In this document: positions 29,170 to 38,470 of the stretch, piece after piece
Numbering within the stretch: the stretch's first letter is position 1
Layout: each line of letters starts with the position of its first letter
From: Candidatus Levyibacteriota bacterium
Lineage (GTDB): Bacteria > Patescibacteriota > Microgenomatia > Levybacterales > UBA12049
Assembly: GCA_043823085.1 (NCBI GenBank)
Contig: JBDRBE010000004.1
Location: 342,780 to 406,779 of the forward strand
Direction of reading: 5' to 3'
DNA length: 64,000 bases
The notes under the pieces: generated by a model
What the model was told of the DNA's origin: nothing
The model's database searches: none
What the model saw: the letters and a program-made list of their open reading frames with translations, nothing else
Program-made: the position numbers and the translations under genes

Positions 29170-31026
29170 TTAATTTCCTCCCGAACAATCTTTCGGACAA
29201 TTTTCTTTGGTTTCACCATTAATCGACTCGCAAATAGTATCACCGCATTTACTGGTTCCTTGTTTATTTTCTCCACCGGTCACCGGACTTGTTTTCTGGC
29301 CTAATAAACCTAAAATGAAATTAATAACCTGCTGTAACAAACCGGTTTGTCCTTTCCCTGAAAGCTGGTTTTCTATGCCGCTTGCTCCATTGTTCATTTC
29401 TTTCATCGCTTCACTCATTGGTTTTGGCTCAATAATCTTATCGCAGGAAAAAACTTTTGTCCTGTTTGGAGATAAAATCTCTTCAAAAAAGTAGGGGGAA
29501 CCGCCAGTTCCGACCGCAATATATTTACCATTTGCAGAAACAGCCACTTCTTCCACAAATTCTTTAAACTCTACAGGCGTATCTTTTTTTCCGCCAGCTG
29601 GCGGATTGGGATCCAATATGTGAACTTTGCTATCGGTGCTTCCCAAGGCAATTATGCTGCCGTCATCGGAAATATCAGCCGAACCTATGGTAGTATTTAA
29701 ATGCCAGTCTGAAATTGATTTACCATTTTTATTCAAAAGATAAACATCGCCTATAGTATTGGCTACCACAATTGAGTTTCCGTCAGATGTCATACCCATT
29801 GCCCTGGCAGCTTTGGAAGCAGAACCTGTAAATTTCCACAAGGGCGTAGAGGAGTTTCTAGAAAATGCTACTACCATTGAAGAATCAGGACCGCCGTCGG
29901 TAGAAAAACTGGCAAAACTTCCGTCTTTGGTAATCCTGGCTCGCTGAACTGGCGAATCATAAGTCAATCTGCCGGAAATCATTACCGGCTTATTGGAATC
30001 CTTACTGAAAATGTAGGCTTGGCGGTCCGGGCAGCCGGTTGAACCAACCACAAAACTACCGTCTTGGGAAAATGCAATATCATGAAAATTACCGGAAGAA
30101 TGATACTGCCACAATGGCTTTGAGGAATCTGCTTTCCATATAATTAACAAGTTGCTGTTTTGTTCATTTTCCGAACCGGCTGTGGCCGCTCCAACATATT
30201 GTCCGTCTTTAGAAATTGCTACATTATAGGCATTGCCTACATTGGACATCCAGACAGGCTGTTTACTGGATTTATTAAAAAATAAAACAGTGTCACCAAT
30301 TGAGGCAAAAATCTTTGAACCGTCAGAAGAAATTGCCGCCCCGCCTTTAACATCTCCGCCAATCATTCCTCCAGCACCTTGCTCGTAAACCCATAAAGGC
30401 TTACTGGATTTAGAAGTATCAAACAACAAAACTTTTCGGGAGGTTTTCGCAGCCAGGTATTTTCCATCATTAGATAAAGCTACTCCGCCAACCCATTCAT
30501 CACCCAACGGATATTCCAGAATCTTCTTGCCGGAACTGTCCATTACCGCTATCTCGTTATGTAGAAAATCTGATTCAAAAAGCACCGGCCCGTTGCCGGG
30601 AGAATCAATTATTCCTTCCCGAGTCTTGCCTAAACCGTTAGAGGCTTCAAAGAAGAAAAAGTTGCTGCCGATTTTATTGGGAACAAATTTATAAATGTAG
30701 CGGACGCCCTTTTTATAATCATTATTATTTGGATCTTCTTTTTGAGGTGTAATCCAACTGCCGTTAAAATACATTTTTACATATTCCGGCGGCCTGCCCT
30801 CTTTATCTTTGTAAGTTGTGTGATAAGTATATCTCTGACAGGGCGGCCCCCACATAGGATAAACCCCGCCATTTTCTAAAATTGGATCATTGGGAGTTTG
30901 AGGAAGTTTTGGAATCATCTGGCCCGGACCGGGCGGAGGCTTACTTTCTGCCAAAGTTTTAGGTAAACCAAAAAAGTGGCTGATTAAAAATAAAACCAGA
31001 CCAATCAGAAGAATTCTTTTCATCAT
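29170..31026 (-). CDS. Secreted WD40/PQQ-type beta-propeller protein
   Basis: Signal peptide from MMKRILL; repeated 'VAIS.DG.Y...PLW'; C-terminal CGD..CE..E..ENCPKDC. Confidence 0.82.
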   Translation of the reverse strand: MMKRILLIGLVLFLISHFFGLPKTLAESKPPPGPGQMIPKLPQTPNDPILENGGVYPMWGPPCQRYTYHTTYKDKEGRPPEYVKMYFNGSWITPQKEDPNNNDYKKGVRYIYKFVPNKIGSNFFFFEASNGLGKTREGIIDSPGNGPVLFESDFLHNEIAVMDSSGKKILEYPLGDEWVGGVALSNDGKYLAAKTSRKVLLFDTSKSSKPLWVYEQGAGGMIGGDVKGGAAISSDGSKIFASIGDTVLFFNKSSKQPVWMSNVGNAYNVAISKDGQYVGAATAGSENEQNSNLLIIWKADSSKPLWQYHSSGNFHDIAFSQDGSFVVGSTGCPDRQAYIFSKDSNKPVMISGRLTYDSPVQRARITKDGSFASFSTDGGPDSSMVVAFSRNSSTPLWKFTGSASKAARAMGMTSDGNSIVVANTIGDVYLLNKNGKSISDWHLNTTIGSADISDDGSIIALGSTDSKVHILDPNPPAGGKKDTPVEFKEFVEEVAVSANGKYIAVGTGGSPYFFEEILSPNRTKVFSCDKIIEPKPMSEAMKEMNNGASGIENQLSGKGQTGLLQQVINFILGLLGQKTSPVTGGENKQGTSKCGDTICESINGETKENCPKDCSGGN

Positions 31027-31147
31027 CAACTGTAGCCTAATAAAACAGTATGTTATTGAGAAATTTTTGTCAAGAGCTAAAGGTTGAGTCTGGTGCAAAA
31101 ATCTTCTCCTTGACTTTGTTGTTTTAAAAACAGTACGATATAAACCT

Positions 31148-31708
31148 ATGGCAAAAGCTGATAAAAAAATCGAAGACCCGAATTTGTGTCCCAAGTGCGG
31201 CTCAACACTTGCCGAAATAACCGTCACCAAAACCGGACGAAAACTGCAAAGATGCGCTAAAGGCTCCTGGGATCCCGAGACTAGAAAAAATGTCGGATGC
31301 GATTATGTCAAATGGTTTGAAATTGAGCCGCAAGAACTGGATGAAATATGTCCCAAATGCGGCAGTAAATTAGTGTTGGCAGTTACCCGTTTTGGAAAGA
31401 AAATGAAAAAGTGTTCGAAAGGCTCTTGGGATAAAGAAGCCAAAAAAGCTGTCGGATGCGATTATATCGAATGGATCAATGGAACGACAGAACCATTAGA
31501 TGAAGAATGTCCGGACTGCCAAGAAAAATTGGTTTTGTTTACAACTGTAAACGGTAAAAAAATGAAAAAATGTTCAACCGCAGGATGGGACAAAATTGAG
31601 CGCAAAGCAACCGGCTGCCCGTATGTTTACTGGCTCAAGCCCAGTGAATATCCCCAAAATATTGATAGCGGCGGTGAAGAATATCTTCCCCCAGAACCGG
31701 AAGAGTAA
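31148..31708 (+). CDS. Stand-alone topoisomerase-I-type C4 zinc-ribbon repeat protein
   Basis: Three CPxC...C..GxWD....GCxY.W repeats. Confidence 0.82.
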   Translation: MAKADKKIEDPNLCPKCGSTLAEITVTKTGRKLQRCAKGSWDPETRKNVGCDYVKWFEIEPQELDEICPKCGSKLVLAVTRFGKKMKKCSKGSWDKEAKKAVGCDYIEWINGTTEPLDEECPDCQEKLVLFTTVNGKKMKKCSTAGWDKIERKATGCPYVYWLKPSEYPQNIDSGGEEYLPPEPEE

Positions 31709-31766
31709 TTCCATATTTTTCATCTTGACAAAATGCTGGATTTATTTTATAAATATCTTTTATAAT

Positions 31767-31979
31767 ATGGGAAGGAAAGAATTTCGTCCGTTAAATGGAT
31801 TAAATCCCCGAGGAGTTCATTCTGGAAATGGCGGGAAAGAAACATTTTCATTATCACCAAGACAAGAAAGAATCAAGCTTAAAGAAAGCGTGAGAGCATG
31901 GACAGAAGGTGGCGAAGGAACGTATTATGAATCATTAGGCAAAAAAGCTGTTGAAACAGGCGCGCTCAAACACCCCTAA
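31767..31979 (+). CDS. Small hypothetical protein
   Basis: 70-aa ORF from ATG 31767, downstream of a TTGACA. Confidence 0.4.
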   Translation: MGRKEFRPLNGLNPRGVHSGNGGKETFSLSPRQERIKLKESVRAWTEGGEGTYYESLGKKAVETGALKHP

Positions 31980-32088
31980 ACTATACGCTATCCCCTATTT
32001 CCCTATACGCCACAGTCAAACGTGGCTGTCGCGTTTGACGCGACGCTATTTTTTGCATATTTTTACAATTGTGCTAAAATCAAGGCGT

Positions 32089-32301
32089 ATGACAAGTGCA
32101 TTAGCAGAAACTCGTGAATTCCCTAGGAAACGTGTTATTCATGATAATCAAAAAACGGCTACAGTCGTCATAAATCTGGATGGTACTAATGAGGGCCATC
32201 GCGGTTTTGTTGATCCGAACAAATTAAGAAGAGAACTCAGACTATATCGGGGACTGGGACCAAGATTTCACGGCCATCACCCTCATCATCACCGCCATTA
32301 A
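32089..32301 (+). CDS. Small hypothetical protein with His-rich C-terminus
   Basis: ATG 8 nt after TGcTAAAAT; ends FHGHHPHHHRH. Confidence 0.5.
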   Translation: MTSALAETREFPRKRVIHDNQKTATVVINLDGTNEGHRGFVDPNKLRRELRLYRGLGPRFHGHHPHHHRH

Positions 32302-32486
32302 ACTATCCCCATTTCCTATCCCCCCTAAACGCTAGACGCTATTAACTATACGCTAATTTCATTGTTCGTCCGAAAACACCGAATAAAACTTCCCTTCGGC
32401 CAATTTTTTGGCATGCCTTGACTGTTTAATAATTATAGGCTAAAATAGCATTTGTAATTTAAGAAAACTTATAATAGTTTTTACTC

Positions 32487-33308
32487 ATGGTTACACATAT
32501 GACGCACGCTGAAACAGAACCAAAACAAGCTGTCGCTACAGATATAAAACCATTATTGTGGGAGCAATACCCAATGAGCCCTTTATCTAGCGAAGAACAA
32601 GCTCTATTCCAAGGCTTGACGTGGATAAACACAGAAGTTAGAAAAATGGAATACCCGCAACCCAAGTTTGGAATAAGTGAAATAGTAGTTGGTGAACCCA
32701 CGCAAGTTGTTATGATAACTCAAGGCGAAAAAGGTAATTTGGTCAAAAGAATCATTCCAGAAAAAGATAGAACAGTGGTTGGTTTGGGAGCTGGTCCATC
32801 TGTTCCCGAGCGCAGTGTATACTCTAACGATAGTTTTGTTAATTTCGGACCAGCCGATAATAACAGTGTTAAAAGACATGTGGTTTTTCAGAAAGGAACT
32901 GACATTAATAGTAAAACAATACAAAAAGCTATAGCTCTAACTGAAATGTTACAGACTGCAATACAACAAGATCAAGCTTCTCGAAAAATTAAACAAGCAG
33001 AAAGAGATCTCATAGAAAATCTTGGGCTCTCCGACATGGACCCAGTCATAACTGAAGCCCTTACGCAAAGTTTATTTAGCAAACTTCAGGAGGCAGCAAT
33101 TGAGTCTGGGCTTATTAAGACATCGAGAAGTGAACTGCCACAGAAGATACGTAACTTAGCAGATGAAATAGAAAAAGCCGGGATTAAATGCATTGAGTTT
33201 TGGATTGATGGAAGTGTTTATTGGCCAGATGGTATTCGAAAATCGTGGATGCCAGAAACTGATGAATATGCATGGAGCGTGTGGGGCAAACCAAGAAGCA
33301 TAATTTAG
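32487..33308 (+). CDS. Hypothetical protein
   Basis: 273-aa ORF with no recognised motif. Confidence 0.7.
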   Translation: MVTHMTHAETEPKQAVATDIKPLLWEQYPMSPLSSEEQALFQGLTWINTEVRKMEYPQPKFGISEIVVGEPTQVVMITQGEKGNLVKRIIPEKDRTVVGLGAGPSVPERSVYSNDSFVNFGPADNNSVKRHVVFQKGTDINSKTIQKAIALTEMLQTAIQQDQASRKIKQAERDLIENLGLSDMDPVITEALTQSLFSKLQEAAIESGLIKTSRSELPQKIRNLADEIEKAGIKCIEFWIDGSVYWPDGIRKSWMPETDEYAWSVWGKPRSII

Positions 33309-33372
33309 GAATCAAAAATTCTGAGAAGCAGCTTAGCTTATTTTCCTGAAAGATCCTAAATCTTTTCTATCT

Positions 33373-33795
33373 CTAATAGCCAAAAGATATTTCCCCTTCT
33401 GCTCTAATTTCGCCGTTTACTGACGCGCGAACATGACCTTTCCCATAATTTGACCGCATTTTGCCAAGCTCTGCTTCCAATATTACTTCCTCTCTCCTTT
33501 CAATCGGTTGACCAAATTTAAAATTGTTCACTCCTGTCAACACAGCTAATTTACCTTTATTTTCCGGTAATCCCAAAATTGCAACAGCACCAGCCTCTGA
33601 TAAAGCTTCTATTATTAAAGGTTGCGGAAAAGTTTTACGAGTCCCAAGTACCGGGTCATTTGTCCAGTCAGTCATTATTCCAACCGCCCACTCGCCAGGT
33701 TGAACAGTAATCGATTCAACAAAAAATGTCGGCGGTCTATGGGGAATAATTCCCATTACTTGTTCTCTTGTAAGACTTCTAAATTTTTCCGACAT
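33373..33795 (-). CDS. FabZ-like hot-dog fold protein lacking the catalytic His motif
   Basis: IIPHRPP, LIIEAL, FKF..P, G..RASVNGE..AEGEISF; no GHFP. Confidence 0.78.
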   Translation of the reverse strand: MSEKFRSLTREQVMGIIPHRPPTFFVESITVQPGEWAVGIMTDWTNDPVLGTRKTFPQPLIIEALSEAGAVAILGLPENKGKLAVLTGVNNFKFGQPIERREEVILEAELGKMRSNYGKGHVRASVNGEIRAEGEISFGY

Positions 33796-33840
33796 AAATT
33801 CTTCTTGCGCAAAATTACGCTGCAGCTGAAATCGGCGCAT

Positions 33841-33877
33841 TTGTTACACCTCTTGTTACACCTCGGGGGTGTAACAA
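33841..33877. repeat. Solo copy of the RAYT REP palindrome with a partial tandem duplication
   Basis: ttgttacacctc + ttgttacacctcgggggtgtaacaa. Confidence 0.85.
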
Positions 33878-33881
33878 AATT

Positions 33882-35321
33882 TTAGAGCTTTTTTACTTCC
33901 GAACCACTTTCGGTGTCCGTAACTTCCCAGCCGAGTTTTTTAATTCTCTGGCGAAGACCGTCCGCCAAATGAAATCTTTTTTGATATCGTAACTCTTCCC
34001 TTTCTTTAACCATTTTCATAATTTCCTCTGGGACTTTCTCTTGTTGAACATTGTTTTTCGTTTGAACTGATTTAAGGTTCAATCCAAGCACTTCATCCAT
34101 TTTATATAGGCTATTTGCTTTCGCAGACTTTGGCGCATTTGAGCGAATCATGTCCCAAACAGCAGCCATTGCTTTTGGCATATTTAAATCATCGTTTATC
34201 GCCTCCAAAAACTTCTGCTCGAACTCTGAACAGATAATTTTTGATTCTTCTAATTCATGCTTGTCCGCCGAAGCCTTGGCGAAGGCGGAATTCATAATTC
34301 CTAATTCTTTCCGCAAGTTTTCCAGCGCATTTTGCGCCGCTTCCAAGGCTTCCCAAGTAAAATTCATTTTTTGTTTGTAGTGAACAGTCATTGCCAAATA
34401 TCGAAAAGAAAGAGGATCAAATTTACGCTTTTCAATTTCCGATAAAACATAAACATTTCCTTTTGACCGTGACATTTTTTCATTATCAACAAGTAAATAT
34501 CCTCCGTGTACCCAATAATTAACAAACTTTTGTCCGGTCGCCCCTTCAGATTGCGCAATTTCATCTTCGTGATGAGGAAAAATTAAATCCTCTCCGCCTG
34601 TATGAACATCGATCGTAATCCCCAATTCATTAATCGCCATCACGCTACATTCAATATGCCAGCCGGGAAAACCCTCTCCCCACGGACTTTCCCATTTCAT
34701 AAGTCTCGCACCTTCCGCTTTTTTCCAAAGCGCAAAATCAATACTGTCTTTTTTATCTGTTTCAACAGAAACGCGGACTGCTTTTAATAAATTATCCATT
34801 TTGTCCAAAGTGTTTCCAGAAAGTTTTCCATAATCCTTGAATTTTTTAACGTCAAAATAAACTGTGCCATCAACCTCGTATGCCAAACCTTTTTTGAGAA
34901 GAACTTTTATAATTTCAATCATTTCTTTAACATTTTCCGAGGCTTTAGGAAATTTGTTGGCCTTTTTAATATTGAGTTTTTCTTCGTCTTCTAAATATAG
35001 CTCCGTGTAGTGCTCTGAAATTTCCTGCGGAGTTTTACCTTCTTTTAGCGCCTCTTCTATTATCGGATCGATTTGATTATCTTGATTTTCCCCGGGCCGC
35101 CTCATGTGTCCGACATCGGTAATATTTTTAACGTGCTTTACTTTGTAGTCATTATATTCCAAAGTCCGGCGCAAAAAATCAGCTGTTAAATATGTACGCA
35201 TATTGCCGATATGAACCTCCCGATAAACTGTGGGCCCGCAAGTATACATGCCGACATTGGGCGGATTGATGGACACAAACTCCTCGATTTTTCTTGAAAG
35301 TGTGTTATAAATTCTTAACAT
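33882..35321 (-). CDS. cysS: Cysteinyl-tRNA synthetase
   Basis: CGPTVY, HIGN, PGWHIECS, KMSRS. Confidence 0.98.
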   Translation of the reverse strand: MLRIYNTLSRKIEEFVSINPPNVGMYTCGPTVYREVHIGNMRTYLTADFLRRTLEYNDYKVKHVKNITDVGHMRRPGENQDNQIDPIIEEALKEGKTPQEISEHYTELYLEDEEKLNIKKANKFPKASENVKEMIEIIKVLLKKGLAYEVDGTVYFDVKKFKDYGKLSGNTLDKMDNLLKAVRVSVETDKKDSIDFALWKKAEGARLMKWESPWGEGFPGWHIECSVMAINELGITIDVHTGGEDLIFPHHEDEIAQSEGATGQKFVNYWVHGGYLLVDNEKMSRSKGNVYVLSEIEKRKFDPLSFRYLAMTVHYKQKMNFTWEALEAAQNALENLRKELGIMNSAFAKASADKHELEESKIICSEFEQKFLEAINDDLNMPKAMAAVWDMIRSNAPKSAKANSLYKMDEVLGLNLKSVQTKNNVQQEKVPEEIMKMVKEREELRYQKRFHLADGLRQRIKKLGWEVTDTESGSEVKKL

Positions 35322-35439
35322 AGTCTAAATTTTCAATTTTAAATTTTCAATTTCAAATCAAATCTGAATGTTTTAATTATTAAATTTTAAATCATTAAAA
35401 ATTCATTAAAAATTAAATATTTCGAATTTAAAATTTGGT

Positions 35440-36009
35440 TTATCCCGCTCCAATTGGAACTTCTACTCTTTGCTTTTTTTGCTTAACCAGTTCCGGCACA
35501 CCTTTGGCTTTTTTCTCTTTTTCTTCTTGCAATTCTTCCATTTTTTCCCTTTCCACTTTTTCGGCCGGCTTTTCTTCCGCCTGTCTTTGCGGGGTCGTTA
35601 ATTTATGATAATATTCACCATGCAATCTTTGTTTTAATGCTTCCTCTTTTTGCTTATCTTCAATCTCTTTTTGGGCGATTTGTTCTTTTGGTATTTCGGG
35701 TTTTTCCCCGCCGTATAAATGCTTGACTACGTCTTTTGTTTCCTGCGTTTGCTCAATTGGTTTTTGCGGAAGTTCGGATTTTCCTGGCGCGCTTTTTGGA
35801 CTGATCCCAACTGCCGTTTGAACAGCACCGCCGAATCCCTTTTGTCCCTGTTGCTTATTGCTTGCTACTTGTTTCTGTTGCGCTTGTGTTTTTTGTCCGG
35901 CCGCTTGGTATTTTTGTTTTCCTGTAATTTGACTACCAGCAGTTTTTATCGACTCAATCCCCTCTTCTTTTATTGTTTCCAGCGAACCACCGAGAATATT
36001 TTTTATCAT
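35440..36009 (-). CDS. Charged Gln/Glu/Lys-rich hypothetical protein
   Basis: 189-aa ORF co-oriented with its neighbours. Confidence 0.7.
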   Translation of the reverse strand: MIKNILGGSLETIKEEGIESIKTAGSQITGKQKYQAAGQKTQAQQKQVASNKQQGQKGFGGAVQTAVGISPKSAPGKSELPQKPIEQTQETKDVVKHLYGGEKPEIPKEQIAQKEIEDKQKEEALKQRLHGEYYHKLTTPQRQAEEKPAEKVEREKMEELQEEKEKKAKGVPELVKQKKQRVEVPIGAG

Positions 36010-36031
36010 ACTTTGTTTTATTTAGATTTTT

Positions 36032-36180
36032 GCGAGGAGGCATAAAATTTTCGCCGTTCGCATTTTGAGCTTAACATAAAAAGAACCGATTGAAAAGAGA
36101 CCTAATGAACAAATTAAGTAATTTTTAAAGAATGACTGTTGCGAACTGCGGAACAAGAAAACTTTTGTGCCGACTTCAGC
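36032..36180. repeat. MITE-like long hairpin, subfamily A
   Basis: Arms match 21649-21801; the hairpin is extended by tagatttttgc/gcaaaaatcta. Confidence 0.88.
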
Positions 36181-36186
36181 AAAAAT

Positions 36187-36495
36187 CTAGCCCAGAACCC
36201 CTAACTTCTTTTTTGCACTTTTTGAAATTCTTTCCGGTGTCCACACAGGCTCCCAAACCAAGTCAACTTTAACCTTTTTCACTCCTTTTACTTCTTTTAT
36301 TCCCTCCTCCACCCAATCGCTAAAAGCAGTAGCAAGCGGACAGCCGGGAAAAGTTAGCGTCATTTTGACGTTAACATTGCCCGTTTTTTGCTCAATTTTA
36401 ACGCCGTAAATCAACCCCAAATCAACAATATTGATACCAAGCTCGGGGTCAATAACTTTCTTTAATTGCCTCCGAATTTGTTTCTCATTAATCAT
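36187..36495 (-). CDS. Metal-sulfur cluster assembly factor (SufT/PaaD, DUF59)
   Basis: VIDPELGINIVDLGLIY, MTLTFPGCP, WEPVWTPERIS. Confidence 0.93.
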   Translation of the reverse strand: MINEKQIRRQLKKVIDPELGINIVDLGLIYGVKIEQKTGNVNVKMTLTFPGCPLATAFSDWVEEGIKEVKGVKKVKVDLVWEPVWTPERISKSAKKKLGVLG

Positions 36496-36530
36496 TTGCT
36501 TGTTTATTCTAAATTCTTTTTACAACTCTT

Positions 36531-36558
36531 CACTTAAATGATATATATCATTTAAGTG
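36531..36558. promoter_or_regulatory. Perfect 28-bp palindrome just after the TrpR-like stop codon
   Basis: cacttaaatgatatatatcatttaagtg. Confidence 0.85.
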
Positions 36559-36559
36559 G

Positions 36560-37003
36560 TCAGAAGGCTTTTCTGTTTTTCCATTTTCTTTCTTCATGCT
36601 TTCTTCGATAATACGACCATGTACTTCCTTTGGACGGAGGAATTTTTGCCAGCATGTCTTCCACCTTTTGCCAAAATTCGCTTATCTTTTCGTCACGAAG
36701 TATTTTTTCAACCGCCTTTTTATAGCCTTTACCTGAATATTTAAGACTAATGCTTACCGAGGCGATTGTTGGAGGAGTAACCCGCAAGATATTTCCTATT
36801 GAAGGATACCTATAACCCTTTTCCAGTAAAACAGCAATTGAGAGACGTTTTGCCAACATTATTTTCTCTACTGGTGAGAGAAATTCTTCTAGAAAATCGT
36901 CGATATCCTGCGAATCCTTAAGACTTGCTATTACACTTTTAAAAATCTCAAACATTCTCTTTTGGACATCTTTATGAATCGGATATTTTGAAACCTGCGC
37001 CAT
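36560..37003 (-). CDS. TrpR/YerC-YecD-like HTH protein
   Basis: FLEEFLSPVEKIMLAKRLSIAVLLEKGYRYPSIGNILRVTPPTIASV. Confidence 0.85.
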   Translation of the reverse strand: MAQVSKYPIHKDVQKRMFEIFKSVIASLKDSQDIDDFLEEFLSPVEKIMLAKRLSIAVLLEKGYRYPSIGNILRVTPPTIASVSISLKYSGKGYKKAVEKILRDEKISEFWQKVEDMLAKIPPSKGSTWSYYRRKHEERKWKNRKAF

Positions 37004-37005
37004 AA

Positions 37006-37041
37006 CACTTTAATGATATATATCATTAAAGTGGTTGTCAA
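37006..37041 (-). promoter_or_regulatory. 28-bp palindrome overlapping the TTGACA-17-TATCAT promoter of the TrpR-like gene
   Basis: cactttaatgatatatatcattaaagtg (37006-37033); -35 at 37041-37036, -10 at 37018-37013. Confidence 0.85.
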
Positions 37042-37166
37042 GAATTATTTTTTGATTCAATAACTTCTACCCTACCCTTTTTACTAATCTCTTAATTACC
37101 ATTTGCTGATTACTTATTTACTGATTTTTATTGACAGCATATTGTGCTTGTGCTAATATCACCGAT

Positions 37167-38429
37167 ATGTATAGAGGTGAAAAACTACAAGGTGAAACAT
37201 TAAGAAATCACTGTTTATCAAAGATTCAAAATGCTCTAAGAGAAGTTTGGGCTTTGCCGGAAGGGCAGGCTTTAGACTCTTCGACTATAAATGTTCTCCC
37301 GCTTAACATAAAAGGAGACAACGAAACAACTGAGTTCCTACGAAACCACATTATGAACAAAGTTATTGGTAAAATAATATTTGTCTGCGATCCAAGTCAA
37401 AGAGGTACAGGAAAATCTGTTGAATTGTCAGCGGAAACTCTTCGCTCAGAGGGTCTTTTTAACTATTTAGAAGAAGAACGATTAATTATTGCTACTGACT
37501 TCTTTCAAGGAATAAGAAGAATTATTCTTCCGGGTCTTTGGCGAAATTTAGATGGCGGTTGCTTTAATTCTTCTCGCGATGATGAATTTAGTAGCATCCC
37601 ATTTGGTAACATTGGTAACACAAAAGAACAGATCCTGCTAGATCCTGATTCAGTTTTAATCATTGCGGTAAATTCCGAAAACGAATTATTTTTTAACGCA
37701 GCCGGCATGCCAGATGGTTGGCAGGAAGCATTTCCAAAACCGCAAGAAAACCCAACCGCTGCCGCCGCATCCTCCCCCCCAGACACTGCTGATTCTACCC
37801 CGGCCATACCTGATGTTACAACAGCTCTCAATTATTTAAAAGAGCAGGTAGAACTGTATCTAAATGGAAAACGAGTTGCCGCCGAACAACCTCCAGATTC
37901 TCTTGACCAAATTTTGGCCGGTTTTGAAACTTTTTCCAAATATAAAGGCCCGGTAAAAGAGCTTAGAGACAAAAATGCAAGACTAGGTGTTTTGGCTGGG
38001 CGCGGAACCGAGGTCAGAATAGTCTCAAGCGAAAATTCAACAATAATTACTCTCTATGATTTAATGATAGATGAATTATCTAATCGTGAATGGGCTTGTC
38101 GCTACCAGACTCCTACTTTACAACAAATTAAATATTGTTTTTGCGGCGATAGAGAACATGATAACAGACAAAGATTTGGCAGATTAGTTATCGAAATACA
38201 AACCTTACCGGATGGAACCAAAGTTATTGATCCTAGAATTGAAGAATTTAACAAACATAACACAAAATATGAGGTAATAGAAGCTAGACGACTAGTAGCG
38301 CATCTAAAGACAAATGAATTTCTCGAACCTTTACTCTCTGAGATCAAACCTCATGAAAGAAGTGCTATCGTGGTACCTCGTCCTCGCCCCAGAACTCCTC
38401 GCCGCCCCAGAACTCATTTCTGGGAGTAA
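37167..38429 (+). CDS. Orphan family paralogue 1
   Basis: Shares PxxWxxA, GTxVR, TxYDL, xCF and LVIEI blocks with the next two ORFs. Confidence 0.75.
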   Translation: MYRGEKLQGETLRNHCLSKIQNALREVWALPEGQALDSSTINVLPLNIKGDNETTEFLRNHIMNKVIGKIIFVCDPSQRGTGKSVELSAETLRSEGLFNYLEEERLIIATDFFQGIRRIILPGLWRNLDGGCFNSSRDDEFSSIPFGNIGNTKEQILLDPDSVLIIAVNSENELFFNAAGMPDGWQEAFPKPQENPTAAAASSPPDTADSTPAIPDVTTALNYLKEQVELYLNGKRVAAEQPPDSLDQILAGFETFSKYKGPVKELRDKNARLGVLAGRGTEVRIVSSENSTIITLYDLMIDELSNREWACRYQTPTLQQIKYCFCGDREHDNRQRFGRLVIEIQTLPDGTKVIDPRIEEFNKHNTKYEVIEARRLVAHLKTNEFLEPLLSEIKPHERSAIVVPRPRPRTPRRPRTHFWE

Positions 38430-38470
38430 CCTTGACTCCCCTCTCCCGCTTGTGTTAATATCGCCAGCAT

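Noticed and set aside
35322-35440. T-box upstream of cysS (proS leader also checked)
   Set aside because: Only AT-rich heptamer repeats or a short divergent promoter region; no UGGN-ACC antiterminator.
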